Source of the DNA: Acidimicrobiia bacterium
GTDB lineage: Bacteria > Actinomycetota > Acidimicrobiia > Acidimicrobiales > CATQHL01
NCBI GenBank assembly: GCA_009840735.1
Contig: VXNF01000102.1
Coordinates: forward strand, 5,038-69,037
Direction of reading: 5' to 3'
Length of the DNA stretch: 64,000 nucleotides
Below the pieces are notes generated by a model. It did no database searches, was not told the DNA's origin, and worked only from the letters and a program-made list of their open reading frames with translations. Positions 8,433 to 17,632 of this stretch are shown here, one piece after another; within the stretch, counting starts at the first letter, position 1; the number at the start of each line of letters is the position of its first letter. Position numbers and translations under genes: made by a program.

Positions 8433-9442
8433 CGCGTAATCCGTCGTTCGATGAGGTCCACGTACTTGGGTTTCAGTTCAATGCCAACCCAATTCCGCCC
8501 GAGTTCCTGGGCTGCGAGCAATGTCGTACCGGATCCTGCGTACGGGTCCAAGACCACTTCGCCTGGGCGGCTGGTGATCTGAATGCAGCGCCGCGCGAGG
8601 GTCATCGGCATGACCGCTGGATGGTCGTCGACGCCACCCGAGTCGCGTGGACGTGGTTCGGTATTGATGTCCCACATCGTGCGGAGCCTCCTGCCATTCG
8701 GACCCTTCATGGCAGCCACGTCGTAGTAGTAGTCCTGGTTCTTCGAGAGCAGGAACACTGTCTCGTGCGATTTCGTGGGGCGGTCTCGCACCGACTCCGG
8801 ATGTGCGTTCGGCTTGTACCAGATGACCTCAGATCGCACCCACCAACCCGCGTCCTGCAGCGCGAACGCCAAGCGCCACGGCACGCCGATCAAATCCTTC
8901 GGCTTCAGACCTGCCGGAGTTGGCGGGCGAACCGACATTGCGCGCGCTCGGTTCTTACGGTCGGGTGCGCGGTATTTCCGGTTTCCCGACGTATAGCTGT
9001 CGCCGACGTTCAGCCATACGGTGCCGTCATCAGCGAGAACTCGGCGGAGTACATCGAAAGTGAGCACAATACTCTTGACGTACTCCGCGAGCCCGTCGTC
9101 ACAGCCGATCTGCTCTGCAATCTCGTAGTCGCGCAGCGACCAATACGGTGGCGAGGTCACCACCGTCTGCACGCTGCGGGGAGGCAACAAGTTCAAGGCC
9201 TCGGCAGCATCTCCAGCCACAAGTACCGGCTCGTTCAGCGAATTCAGCGGAGCATCCACACCAACATCCAGCCGCGTGTGCGGCCCGACCGGCGGCGACT
9301 CCGCGCCACGCAGCGGTAGGCGCACCGGGCGTGTGTGCTCGCTTCGGCTCACGTCCCGAACCTTAGTTTCGGGTTTCGCCCCAACACGCTCTTTTGCGAC
9401 CGGAAGAAGTTGGCCGACCGAGTGACTCCAATCCTCGCTCAT
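8429..9442 (-). CDS. Beta-class N4-cytosine DNA methyltransferase, M.SmaI/M.Cfr9I-like
   Basis: VTSPPY before VLDPYAGSGTT (beta order). GDSYTSGNRKYRAPD-KN-ARAM-VRP-TP-GLKPKDLIGVPWRLAFALQ is characteristic of the CCCGGG-specific family as recalled. GGAG RBS before ATG 9442. Confidence 0.9.
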   Translation of the reverse strand: MSEDWSHSVGQLLPVAKERVGAKPETKVRDVSRSEHTRPVRLPLRGAESPPVGPHTRLDVGVDAPLNSLNEPVLVAGDAAEALNLLPPRSVQTVVTSPPYWSLRDYEIAEQIGCDDGLAEYVKSIVLTFDVLRRVLADDGTVWLNVGDSYTSGNRKYRAPDRKNRARAMSVRPPTPAGLKPKDLIGVPWRLAFALQDAGWWVRSEVIWYKPNAHPESVRDRPTKSHETVFLLSKNQDYYYDVAAMKGPNGRRLRTMWDINTEPRPRDSGGVDDHPAVMPMTLARRCIQITSRPGEVVLDPYAGSGTTLLAAQELGRNWVGIELKPKYVDLIERRITR

Positions 9443-9544
9443 GGGCAATCTCCAGGGGTGAGATGGGCTCAGGTCGACGATGTCGACAAGCCGGCCGTCC
9501 AGATCCGTAGCCCAGCGCATCGGACCTCGGTGGCGGTTGCGCAG

Positions 9545-9566
9545 AACCTAGACGCACCCTGCGACA
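9545..9566 (-). promoter_or_regulatory. PafBC/RecA-NDp-like DNA-damage promoter motif upstream of the methylase
   Basis: Minus strand reads TGTCGC-N10-TAGGTT; the mycobacterial consensus is TGTCGG-N10-TA-N3-T. Confidence 0.45.
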
Positions 9567-9618
9567 GCACACGCGGCTACTCGTGTCAGGTTGATGACTA
9601 CCTCGCCGACTGTGGTCG

Positions 9619-9933
9619 TCATCCGGTTGCCTGCATGGGTTCGGCGGGCCGCACTTGGCGCGCGATCTCGCTTCCGGATCGAGTCTCTGCGACCCGCAGC
9701 TCGAACGTCTTCTGCAGGTTCAGCCACAGCTGTGGCGTCGTGCCGAAGTATCGAGCCAAACGCAGGGCGGTGTCCGCCGTGACTCCGCGCTGGCCGTTCA
9801 GAATTGCCGTGACCCGATTGGCCGGTACACCGAGGGCTGCCGCAAGGGCACTGGCCGATAGCCCTCGCTCGGCTAGTTCCTCGCCCAGAATCTCCCCGGG
9901 ATGCACCGGCACCATGCCGCTACCGCTGCTCAT
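9619..9933 (-). CDS. higA: HigA family antitoxin (Xre HTH)
   Basis: HPGEILGEEL, R-VTADTALRLARYFGTTPQLWLNLQ. Confidence 0.93.
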   Translation of the reverse strand: MSSGSGMVPVHPGEILGEELAERGLSASALAAALGVPANRVTAILNGQRGVTADTALRLARYFGTTPQLWLNLQKTFELRVAETRSGSEIARQVRPAEPMQATG

Positions 9934-9952
9934 ATTTCGACTCTCCTTCCGC

Positions 9953-10234
9953 TCATCGGTGATAGTCCACGATCTCCACGTCGTACAGCCCGTCGGTTCC
10001 CCAGTAGAAGCAGACCCGCCACTGGCGGTTGATTCTGATGCTGTGGCTGCCCGCGCGGTCGCCCGACAACGATTCCAACCTGTTGCTGCGCAGTTCGGCC
10101 AGATCCCGAAGCGACTCCGCGCTGTCCAAGAGCGTCAATCGCCGCGAGGCCTGCGCGGCGATCGCGCTGAAGCGCGGCTCGGGCTGACCCCGGTAGAAGC
10201 GCTCTGTGCGGCGATCCTTGAATCCTCGGATCAT
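9953..10234 (-). CDS. higB: HigB (RelE/ParE superfamily) toxin, plasmid-maintenance killer type
   Basis: MIRGFKDR, NRLESLSGDRAGSHSIRINRQWRVCF, VEIVDYH. Toxin gene precedes the antitoxin gene. Confidence 0.93.
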   Translation of the reverse strand: MIRGFKDRRTERFYRGQPEPRFSAIAAQASRRLTLLDSAESLRDLAELRSNRLESLSGDRAGSHSIRINRQWRVCFYWGTDGLYDVEIVDYHR

Positions 10235-10503
10235 ACCCCGTACCCCTTACGTAACGGGCAACCTCATCGGTTGCGGGGTTGCGATGTGCCGAGCGTCGCT
10301 GCCTGAGCGGCCGCCGCAAGCACCTCATCGCTGCTAATTCCATGAGTTTACAGGGTTATTATTTATATTCCAGCCCACACCCTGTTCCGCTCAAGGCGGA
10401 TCGGGGGTTTGGAGACGCGTTCTCTATCCGACCACCGCGGCGCTTGATGGCGCTTCGGCGGCTCAGCAGGTACGTTGCTGCTCAGCGTCCCCGAGGAGTG
10501 CCC

Positions 10504-11376
10504 ATGAAGTCGCCACCGTTTGCGTATCACCGGGCCGCCTCCGCCGCTGAGGCGGCGGCGCTGCTGGCCGAGTTCGGGGCCGACGCCCGGATCCTCGCCG
10601 GGGGCCAGAGCCTGATCCCGCTGATGAACCTGCGTTTGGCGTCGCCGGGCTGTCTCGTCGACATCACGACTGCGGCGGACCTCGACGGCTGCGGGTCCAA
10701 CGGCGGCGGGCTGGACGTGGGCGCCGCGGCCCGCCAACGCAGCGTGGAGCTGCACGCCGACACGTTGGCGACAGCGCCCGCGCTGGCCGAGGCGATCGCC
10801 AATGCGGGCCAAGTGCCGGTGCGCCATCAGGGCACGGTGGTGGGCAGCATCGCCCACGCCGATCCGAGCGCGGAGATGCCCGCCGCGTTCAAGGCCCAGG
10901 GCGGCACGGTTCGTGTGCTCGATGCCAGCGGCAGCCGGGAGATCGCCTCGGAGGACTTCTTCGAGGGCTACTTCACGACGGCCCTAGCCGAAGGCGAGTT
11001 GGTGACCGGCGTGACGTTGGACGCCTGGCCAACAGGCAGCGGGCATGGGTTCCTGGAGTTCAGCGTGACCGCTGAGAGTTGGCCGATCGCCTTGGCGGCG
11101 GTGCTGATCCACGTCGCCGGCGGGACCATCGACCGGGCTTCGGTGGTGCTGGGCGGGGTGGCGGAGGTGCCGCTGCGCCGCCCGGAGGCAGAGGCGATCC
11201 TGGTGGGCGCAGCGCCGGGCGCCGCGGCGTTCGAAGCTGCGGCGGAAGCGGCGGCGATGGGCATCGAGCCGCTGTCGGACTCGTTCGGTTCGGGCGCCTA
11301 CCGCAAGAAGCTGGCCCGAGTGATGACGCGGCGGGCACTCACAGCGGCCGCCGAGCGGGTGGGAGGCGAATCATGA
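10504..11376 (+). CDS. Molybdenum hydroxylase FAD-binding (medium) subunit, CoxM/CutM family
   Basis: MKSPPFAYHR, LAGGQSLIPLMNLRLA, GTVVGSIAHADP. Confidence 0.92.
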   Translation: MKSPPFAYHRAASAAEAAALLAEFGADARILAGGQSLIPLMNLRLASPGCLVDITTAADLDGCGSNGGGLDVGAAARQRSVELHADTLATAPALAEAIANAGQVPVRHQGTVVGSIAHADPSAEMPAAFKAQGGTVRVLDASGSREIASEDFFEGYFTTALAEGELVTGVTLDAWPTGSGHGFLEFSVTAESWPIALAAVLIHVAGGTIDRASVVLGGVAEVPLRRPEAEAILVGAAPGAAAFEAAAEAAAMGIEPLSDSFGSGAYRKKLARVMTRRALTAAAERVGGES

Positions 11377-11903
11377 GCACCCATGAGATCAACGTGACCG
11401 TCAACGGTGCGGCCGCCTCGGCCAGCGTGGAAGCGCGCCGCAGCCTGGTGGACTTCCTGCGCCACGACTTGGGGCTCGTGGGGACTCACGTCGGCTGCGA
11501 GCAGGGCGCCTGCGGGGCATGCACCGTGCTGCTGGACGGCCGCAGCGTGCGCTCGTGCATCATGTTCGCGGTGCAGGCCGACGGCGGCGACATCCAGACA
11601 GTCGAGAGCCTGGCCCCCGGCGCCGACCTGCACCCCCTGCAGGAGGCGTTCCGCCGCCACCAAGGCCTGCAGTGCGGCTTCTGCACACCGGGGATGCTGC
11701 TGCGCAGCCTGGAACTCATCAACGCCAACCCTGAGCTGAGCCCCGAGGAGGCCCGCGAGGGCATCTCCAGCAACATGTGCCGCTGCACCGGCTACCAGTA
11801 CATCGTCGACGCGGTGCTCGACGCCGCCGCCGAAATGCGCGGCGACACGGCCGGCGGCGACACGGCCAGCGGCGACACGGCCAGCGACGGCGAGGAGGGC
11901 TGA
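11373..11903 (+). CDS. Molybdenum hydroxylase 2Fe-2S (small) subunit, CoxS/CutS family
   Basis: GCEQGACGACTV, QCGFCTPG, NMCRCTGY. Confidence 0.95.
   Translation: MSTHEINVTVNGAAASASVEARRSLVDFLRHDLGLVGTHVGCEQGACGACTVLLDGRSVRSCIMFAVQADGGDIQTVESLAPGADLHPLQEAFRRHQGLQCGFCTPGMLLRSLELINANPELSPEEAREGISSNMCRCTGYQYIVDAVLDAAAEMRGDTAGGDTASGDTASDGEEG
11841..11885. repeat. 15-bp tandem repeat x3 in the small-subunit C-terminus (GDTAG/GDTAS/GDTAS)
   Basis: ggcgacacggccggc ggcgacacggccagc ggcgacacggccagc. Confidence 0.9.
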
Positions 11904-11904
11904 C

Positions 11905-14322
11905 ATGACTGTTCCGAAAGTTCGCCAGCACCCCGAGCACCTGGAGTGGGTGGGCAAGTCGATCCCCCGCGTGGAGGACCCCAAGTTCCTGCGCGGCCGG
12001 GGCAACTACATCGACGACTACGAGGTGCCGAACATGCTGGAGGTGGCCGTGGCGCGCAGCACCATGGCCCACGCCAAGATCCTCAGCATCGACACCTCCG
12101 CCGCCGAGGCGGTACCGGGGGTGGTGGCCATCGTCACCAGCGAGAACGTCGCCGACCACGTGAACCCGAACCCCGACTTCGGGCCCTCGCCGGAGAGGCA
12201 CACCTGGCACTGCCTCGCAGTCGACAAGGTCCGCTACATGGGCGAGGGCATCGCCGCCGTGGCGGCCACCTCTCGCGCTGTCGCCGAGGACGCCGCCGAG
12301 CTCATCGAAGTGGAATACGCGCCCCTCGAGCCGCTGACCGACATGCACGAAGCCCTCGAGGACGACGCCCCGCTGGTCCACGAGGCGTTGGGCTCCAACA
12401 TCCCCTTCCAGCGCAACTTCGTCTTCGGCGACGTGGAGGGCGACTTCGCCGCCGCCGATGTGATCGTGCGGGACACGCTGCGCTGGGGACGCTCGGGCGG
12501 CCAGCCACTAGAGACCGTCGGGGCGGTCGCTGACTACGACGCCGCCACCGGGATGATGACCATCCACGCCAACTCGCTCACGTTGACGCACTTTCTGTTC
12601 ACGATGGCGAACACGCTGCGGGTGCCCAGCAACAAACTGGACATTCACCCCCACCCCGCCGGCGGCAGCTTCGGGGCCAAGTTCTGGGAGGTAAAGACCG
12701 CCATCATCGCGGGCATGATGGCCCGCGTCACCGGGCGACCGGTCAAGTTCCTCCAGGACCGCCTCGACAACATCGCCAACGGCGACCACCACGGCTCCGA
12801 CCGTTACTACGAGGTGGAGCTGGCCGCCCGCTCCGACGGCACGATGCTCAGCGTGCGCTACAAGGTCGTGGACAACTACGGCGCCTACATCCAGTTCGGC
12901 GTGGGCCAGCACGGCAACTCCCTCGCCCAGGCCATCGGCCCGTACCGCATGAACAGCCTCCAGTACGACCTAACCGCGGTGCTGACCAACAAGTGCCAGC
13001 AGGGTGCCTACCGAGGCTTCGGCTCGGAGGTCGGCAACTGGATTCTGGAGCGCATGGTGGACCTGCTGGCCGCCGAGTTGGACATGGACCCCGTGGAGCT
13101 GCGGCGCAAGAACTTCATCGGACCCGAGGAGTTCCCCTACTTCATCCCCACCGGCAACGTCTACGACAGCGGCGACTACGAGGCCGTTCTGGCCAAGACG
13201 CTGGAGCTGTTCGACTACGAGGGTTGGCGTCGCCGCCAGGCCGAGATGCGCGCCGAGGGCCGCCACGTCGGCATCGGTGTGTGTACCTGCCAGGAGCGCA
13301 GCGTCTTCAGCGCCACCGAGTTCTGGTTCTGGTTCGACGAGCCGGTGGCGGCGCCGGTCACCAGCGCGCCCGAGAGCGTCACGCTGCGGGTGGACCCCAT
13401 GGGCGCGGTCACCGCCACGCTGTACTCCAACGCCTCGTGGGGAAACAGCGCCGAGACGATGGTGGCGCAGTTCGTGGCCGAGGAACTGGGGGTACACCCC
13501 GAGGACGTCACGATCGTCTACGGCGGCACCAGCCAAGGCATGCCCGCCACCGGCCCCGGCGGGAGTCGCTTCACGATCATGGCGTCAGGCGCCGTGGAGG
13601 GCGCCGCCCAGAAGATCCGCGCCAAAGCTGCCAAGATCGCCGCCCACCTGCTGGAGGCCAACGAGGACGACCTCGTCTGGGAGGACGGCGGGTTCGTCGT
13701 GCGCGGCAGCCCCGACCGCCGCAAGGAACTGGCCGAGATCTCCCTGGCGGCGCACATGTTCAAGCACTCGCTGCCCGAAGAGATCGAAACCGGCCTGGAG
13801 GCCGCCCACGTGCAGGACCACCCCTACACCACCATGCCCAACCCCGAGCGCACCGACCTCGGTGTGTTCTACCCGTTCGTGGGCCACGCCAGCCACATGG
13901 TGGTCGTTGAGGTGGACCCCGAGACCGGGCGGGTGGAGTTCCTGGACTACACCGCGGTCCACGACTGCGGCACGGTCGTGAACCCACGCTCGGTCGGCGG
14001 GCAGGTCATCGGCGGCACCGTGCAGGGCCTCGGCACCACGCTGTACGAGGAGTTCCTGTACGACGCCGACGGGGTGCTGCGGACGCCGTCCTTCGCCGAG
14101 TACCTCATCCCCTCCGCGCTGGACTCCCCCACGCTGCGGGTGGGCCACAACGAGACGCCCTCCCCCTACACGCCCTACGGCATCAAGGGCGGCGGCGAGG
14201 CTGGCCGCATGATGGCGCCCTCGGCCATCTGCGCCGCCATCGACGACGCCTTAGGCATCCGCATCCGCCGCCTGCCCGCCACCCCAGAGCGCATCGTGGA
14301 GATGGTCGACGCCAAGGACTGA
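11905..14322 (+). CDS. Xanthine dehydrogenase-family molybdopterin (large) subunit, substrate unknown
   Basis: RVEDPKFLRGRG, GGSFGAK, GAYRGFG, DCGTVVNP, GQVIGG, KGGGEAG. Confidence 0.93.
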   Translation: MTVPKVRQHPEHLEWVGKSIPRVEDPKFLRGRGNYIDDYEVPNMLEVAVARSTMAHAKILSIDTSAAEAVPGVVAIVTSENVADHVNPNPDFGPSPERHTWHCLAVDKVRYMGEGIAAVAATSRAVAEDAAELIEVEYAPLEPLTDMHEALEDDAPLVHEALGSNIPFQRNFVFGDVEGDFAAADVIVRDTLRWGRSGGQPLETVGAVADYDAATGMMTIHANSLTLTHFLFTMANTLRVPSNKLDIHPHPAGGSFGAKFWEVKTAIIAGMMARVTGRPVKFLQDRLDNIANGDHHGSDRYYEVELAARSDGTMLSVRYKVVDNYGAYIQFGVGQHGNSLAQAIGPYRMNSLQYDLTAVLTNKCQQGAYRGFGSEVGNWILERMVDLLAAELDMDPVELRRKNFIGPEEFPYFIPTGNVYDSGDYEAVLAKTLELFDYEGWRRRQAEMRAEGRHVGIGVCTCQERSVFSATEFWFWFDEPVAAPVTSAPESVTLRVDPMGAVTATLYSNASWGNSAETMVAQFVAEELGVHPEDVTIVYGGTSQGMPATGPGGSRFTIMASGAVEGAAQKIRAKAAKIAAHLLEANEDDLVWEDGGFVVRGSPDRRKELAEISLAAHMFKHSLPEEIETGLEAAHVQDHPYTTMPNPERTDLGVFYPFVGHASHMVVVEVDPETGRVEFLDYTAVHDCGTVVNPRSVGGQVIGGTVQGLGTTLYEEFLYDADGVLRTPSFAEYLIPSALDSPTLRVGHNETPSPYTPYGIKGGGEAGRMMAPSAICAAIDDALGIRIRRLPATPERIVEMVDAKD

Positions 14323-14355
14323 AGGGCGACCATCACCACCGATTCCCGAGACGCC

Positions 14356-14721
14356 TTGCACGCCGAGGTACACGACTCCTGGACGACGGTCGCGGCGGCC
14401 GCTGCGGTGGCGCCCGGCGAGGTTCTCGAAGCGACCCTCGGCGGCGCCGAGGTGGTTGTGTGGCGCACAGACAGCGGCGTCGCCTGCGTGATGGAGGCCC
14501 GCTGCCCGCACCAGTGGTCCCACCTCGGCGGCGCCGGCGCCGTGGCGGGCGAAGAGATCGTGTGCCTGACGCACTTCTGGACCTTCGGCACCGACGGCCG
14601 GGGTTGGAAGGAGAACCTCCACGGCCGGCGCGACCGCAAGGGCGACATCGAGGTGTACCCCTGCCGGGAGGAGGCCGGGCAGATCCAGGCGCGTCGGCGG
14701 GCCCCCGGAGGCGCCGAGTGA
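14356..14721 (+). CDS. Rieske (2Fe-2S) ferredoxin
   Basis: CPH-x17-CLTH motif in a protein of about 120 aa. Start uncertain. Confidence 0.85.
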   Translation: MHAEVHDSWTTVAAAAAVAPGEVLEATLGGAEVVVWRTDSGVACVMEARCPHQWSHLGGAGAVAGEEIVCLTHFWTFGTDGRGWKENLHGRRDRKGDIEVYPCREEAGQIQARRRAPGGAE

Positions 14722-15434
14722 GCGCCGCCGAGATCGTCCTGGCCATCGCCGCGGTGGCGGGCGGCGCCATCGTGCAGGGCTCGGTGGGAGTGGGGCTCTC
14801 GCTGGTGGCGGCCCCGGCACTGGTGGCCATCGACCCCTCGTTCATCCCCGGACCGCTGCTGATCGTCGGGCAGATCGTCGGCATCCGCCACATCATCGTG
14901 GAGGGCCGCCACATCGACTGGCAGGCGCTCCGGCACGCGCTCTGGGGCTTGCCGGTGGGAATCGCGGCCGGTCTCGCGGTCGTGGAATTCGTGCCCTTGC
15001 GAATCCTGGCCCTCATCGTCGGGATCCTGACCGCGGTCTCGGCTGCGGTCCTTCTCGGGGGATTCCGGCTCCCTCAGACCCGCAAGACCGAGATCGCTGG
15101 CGGACTGACATGCAGCTTCGGGGGCCTGGCCGCGTCGCTGCCAGGTGCGCCGCTGGCGATCTGCTTCAGCGAAATGCGACCTCCGGCGCTGCGCTCCACG
15201 TCTTCGCTGTTCATCGGCATCGTCGGCGTCGTGGGCATTGCGTTGCTCGCGGCGCGGGACCGCTTCGGCCTGCACGAGCTGACGCTGATCGGCTACATGG
15301 CGCCGGGGATGTTCATCGGGCTCGGCGTCTCGCGGCTGACGCGGCCGCTACTGGACCGAACGTGGTTCCGCCCGGCGGTGCTCAGCGTCGCCCTCGCCGG
15401 CGGCTTGGCGCTCATCATCGGCCAGTTGGCCTAG
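14718..15434 (+). CDS. TSUP (TauE/SafE) family membrane transporter
   Basis: Hydrophobic throughout; VQGSVGVGLSLVAAP, SLPGAPLAI. GTG overlaps the upstream stop. Confidence 0.82.
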   Translation: MSAAEIVLAIAAVAGGAIVQGSVGVGLSLVAAPALVAIDPSFIPGPLLIVGQIVGIRHIIVEGRHIDWQALRHALWGLPVGIAAGLAVVEFVPLRILALIVGILTAVSAAVLLGGFRLPQTRKTEIAGGLTCSFGGLAASLPGAPLAICFSEMRPPALRSTSSLFIGIVGVVGIALLAARDRFGLHELTLIGYMAPGMFIGLGVSRLTRPLLDRTWFRPAVLSVALAGGLALIIGQLA

Positions 15435-15457
15435 CGGCGACGCTGGCTTCGGCGCGG

Positions 15458-16369
15458 TCAGCCCCCGAAGGCCGCCAACGGGTCGGCGTGGCGGCGGTGC
15501 AGCCAGGGTTTGATGTCGTCGGTGGAGGTGACGACGTTGCGCATGCTGGCGATGTCGTCGATGGCGATCTCGATGACGTCGCCGACTTCGCTGGGGCAGT
15601 CCAGCGGCGGCACCAGGCAGGTGCCGGTGGAGAGCACCGCCCCGTCGGGAAAGGCCACCGCACAGAAAAGGCACTCCACCAGCTCCTCGAGCGTGCGCGC
15701 CAACTCGGAGGTGGACGTGGACCCAGCGAACAGCACGTCGGCGCCGCGGCTGAGCCGCAGCCGGATCGTCAGGCCGTACGGGTTGGGCACCTCCCAGGCC
15801 GGCCGCATCGCCGGCGCCAGCACGCAGGACCCGGCGAAGATCTTGGCCTGGGGGATGTACAGCGGGTTCTCACCCTCGATGGCGCGGGCGCACATGTCGT
15901 TGCACGCGCCGTAGGCCACGATCTCGCCGCCGGCGTTCAGCAACAGGGCCAGCTCTGGCTCGGGCGTGTCGTTGGCCGAGTCCGGGCGGCGCCCCACCGG
16001 CTCGCCGTCGGTGACGACCTCGTGCGCTGCACACTTGAGGAACAGCTCGGGGCGCTGGGCCTTGTACACCCGGATGTAGACGTCCTCATCGCCGCTCTCC
16101 TCGACCCGCGCCTCCTGGGACACCCGGTAGGTGACCCCCGCCCCCCACACCGGCGTGTCGCCGTCGATGGGGCTCAACAGCCGCGGCACACCGTCGACAG
16201 GCGGGTTAGCCCGAGCCGCCTCAAGTTGCTCGCGGATCGCCGCGAGCGGGTGGCGCAACAGCTCGGCCAAGGTGGCGACGCTCTCGACGGGATGGATACC
16301 CGCCTCGTCAAGCACCCCCGGCCTGGCCACCCCAGCAGCCAAGTCAACGAACCGAACGATCGACGTCAT
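15458..16369 (-). CDS. Fumarylacetoacetate hydrolase family protein
   Basis: WGAGVTY, RPELFLK, PEPEL, NDMCAR-IEGENPLYIPQAK, LSTGT. Confidence 0.88.
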   Translation of the reverse strand: MTSIVRFVDLAAGVARPGVLDEAGIHPVESVATLAELLRHPLAAIREQLEAARANPPVDGVPRLLSPIDGDTPVWGAGVTYRVSQEARVEESGDEDVYIRVYKAQRPELFLKCAAHEVVTDGEPVGRRPDSANDTPEPELALLLNAGGEIVAYGACNDMCARAIEGENPLYIPQAKIFAGSCVLAPAMRPAWEVPNPYGLTIRLRLSRGADVLFAGSTSTSELARTLEELVECLFCAVAFPDGAVLSTGTCLVPPLDCPSEVGDVIEIAIDDIASMRNVVTSTDDIKPWLHRRHADPLAAFGG

Positions 16370-16442
16370 CGCAATACCCGCCGAGCCCGCAGCATCGAGC
16401 CGGCGAGCCGCGCCCTCGCCCCCGACCGGACCGAGGCGCCCA

Positions 16443-17531
16443 TCAGTTCATAACGACGACGGAGCGCAGCACCTCGCCGTTCTCCATCTTGTGGAACGCT
16501 TCCTCCACCTCGTCGAGGGCGATGGTCTCGCTCACGAAGCCGTCCAGGTTCAGTCGCCCCTGCAGGTACAAGTCGATCAGCATCGGGAAGTCCCGGCTGG
16601 GCAGGCAGTCCCCGTACCAGGACGACTTCAGGGCACCGCCCCGGCCGAACACCTCGATGAAGGGCAGTTCGATGGTTGCGGTGGGGTTCGGCACACCCAC
16701 CAGCACCACCGTGCCGGCGAGGTCCCGCGCCTCGAAGCACTGCCGGTAGGTCTCGGGCAAGCCGATGGCCTCGATGGCCACGTCCACCCCGTTGCCGCCG
16801 GTGAGCTCCCTTATGGCTTCCACCGGGTCGCCTGCGCGGCTGTTGACGGTGTGGGTGGCACCGAACTGGCGCGCCCAGTCCAGCTTGCGGTCGTCGATGT
16901 CCACCGCGATAATCGTGGTGGCGCCGGCCAAGCGGGCACCTTCGATGGCGGCGTCGCCCACGCCGCCGCAGCCGAACACGGCCACCGAGTCGCCCCGCCC
17001 CACGCCGCCGGTGTTCATGGCGGCGCCCAGGCCGGCCATGACCCCACAACCCAGCAGCCCAGCCGCCGCCGCGCTGGCCTCGGGGGACACCTTTGTGGCC
17101 TGCCCCGCGGCGACGAGCGTCTTCTCGACGAACGCTCCGATCCCCAGCGCCGGCGACAGTTCGGTGCCGTCAGCGAGGGTCATCGGCTGCTGCGCGTTGT
17201 GGGTGGCGAAGCAGTACTGGGGGCGACCACGGTCACAGGACCGGCACTGGCCGCACACCGCCCGCCAGTTGATGATCACGAAGTCGCCCGGCGCCACTTC
17301 GGAGACGCCCGACCCGACGGCCTCCACGACACCGGCGGCCTCGTGGCCCAGCAGGAACGGGAAGTCGTCGTTGATGGCGCCCTCGCGGTAATGCAGGTCG
17401 GTGTGGCACACCCCGCAAGCCTGGATCGCCACGAGCGCCTCACCGGGCCCCGGGTCGGGCACCAAGACCGTCTCCATCTCCACCGGTTCGCCCTTGGACC
17501 GGGCGATCACGCCGCGCACGCTCTGGGTCAT
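16443..17531 (-). CDS. mscR: S-(hydroxymethyl)mycothiol dehydrogenase (mycothiol-dependent formaldehyde dehydrogenase)
   Basis: [62 protein letters not shown]. Confidence 0.92.
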   Translation of the reverse strand: MTQSVRGVIARSKGEPVEMETVLVPDPGPGEALVAIQACGVCHTDLHYREGAINDDFPFLLGHEAAGVVEAVGSGVSEVAPGDFVIINWRAVCGQCRSCDRGRPQYCFATHNAQQPMTLADGTELSPALGIGAFVEKTLVAAGQATKVSPEASAAAAGLLGCGVMAGLGAAMNTGGVGRGDSVAVFGCGGVGDAAIEGARLAGATTIIAVDIDDRKLDWARQFGATHTVNSRAGDPVEAIRELTGGNGVDVAIEAIGLPETYRQCFEARDLAGTVVLVGVPNPTATIELPFIEVFGRGGALKSSWYGDCLPSRDFPMLIDLYLQGRLNLDGFVSETIALDEVEEAFHKMENGEVLRSVVVMN

Positions 17532-17632
17532 GACAAGGCTCCCTCCGCGCTGCCTTCAGATATCGGGCAGGTTAGCCCCGCCGGAATCGCCGGTCCGAAC
17601 GCCCCGGCGGCGCGACACGACGCCGCACGGCG

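Noticed and set aside
11905..14322. Aerobic carbon monoxide dehydrogenase (coxL)
   Set aside because: The active-site loop is AYRGFG, not AYxCSFR or AYxGAGR, and no coxDEFG accessory genes are adjacent.
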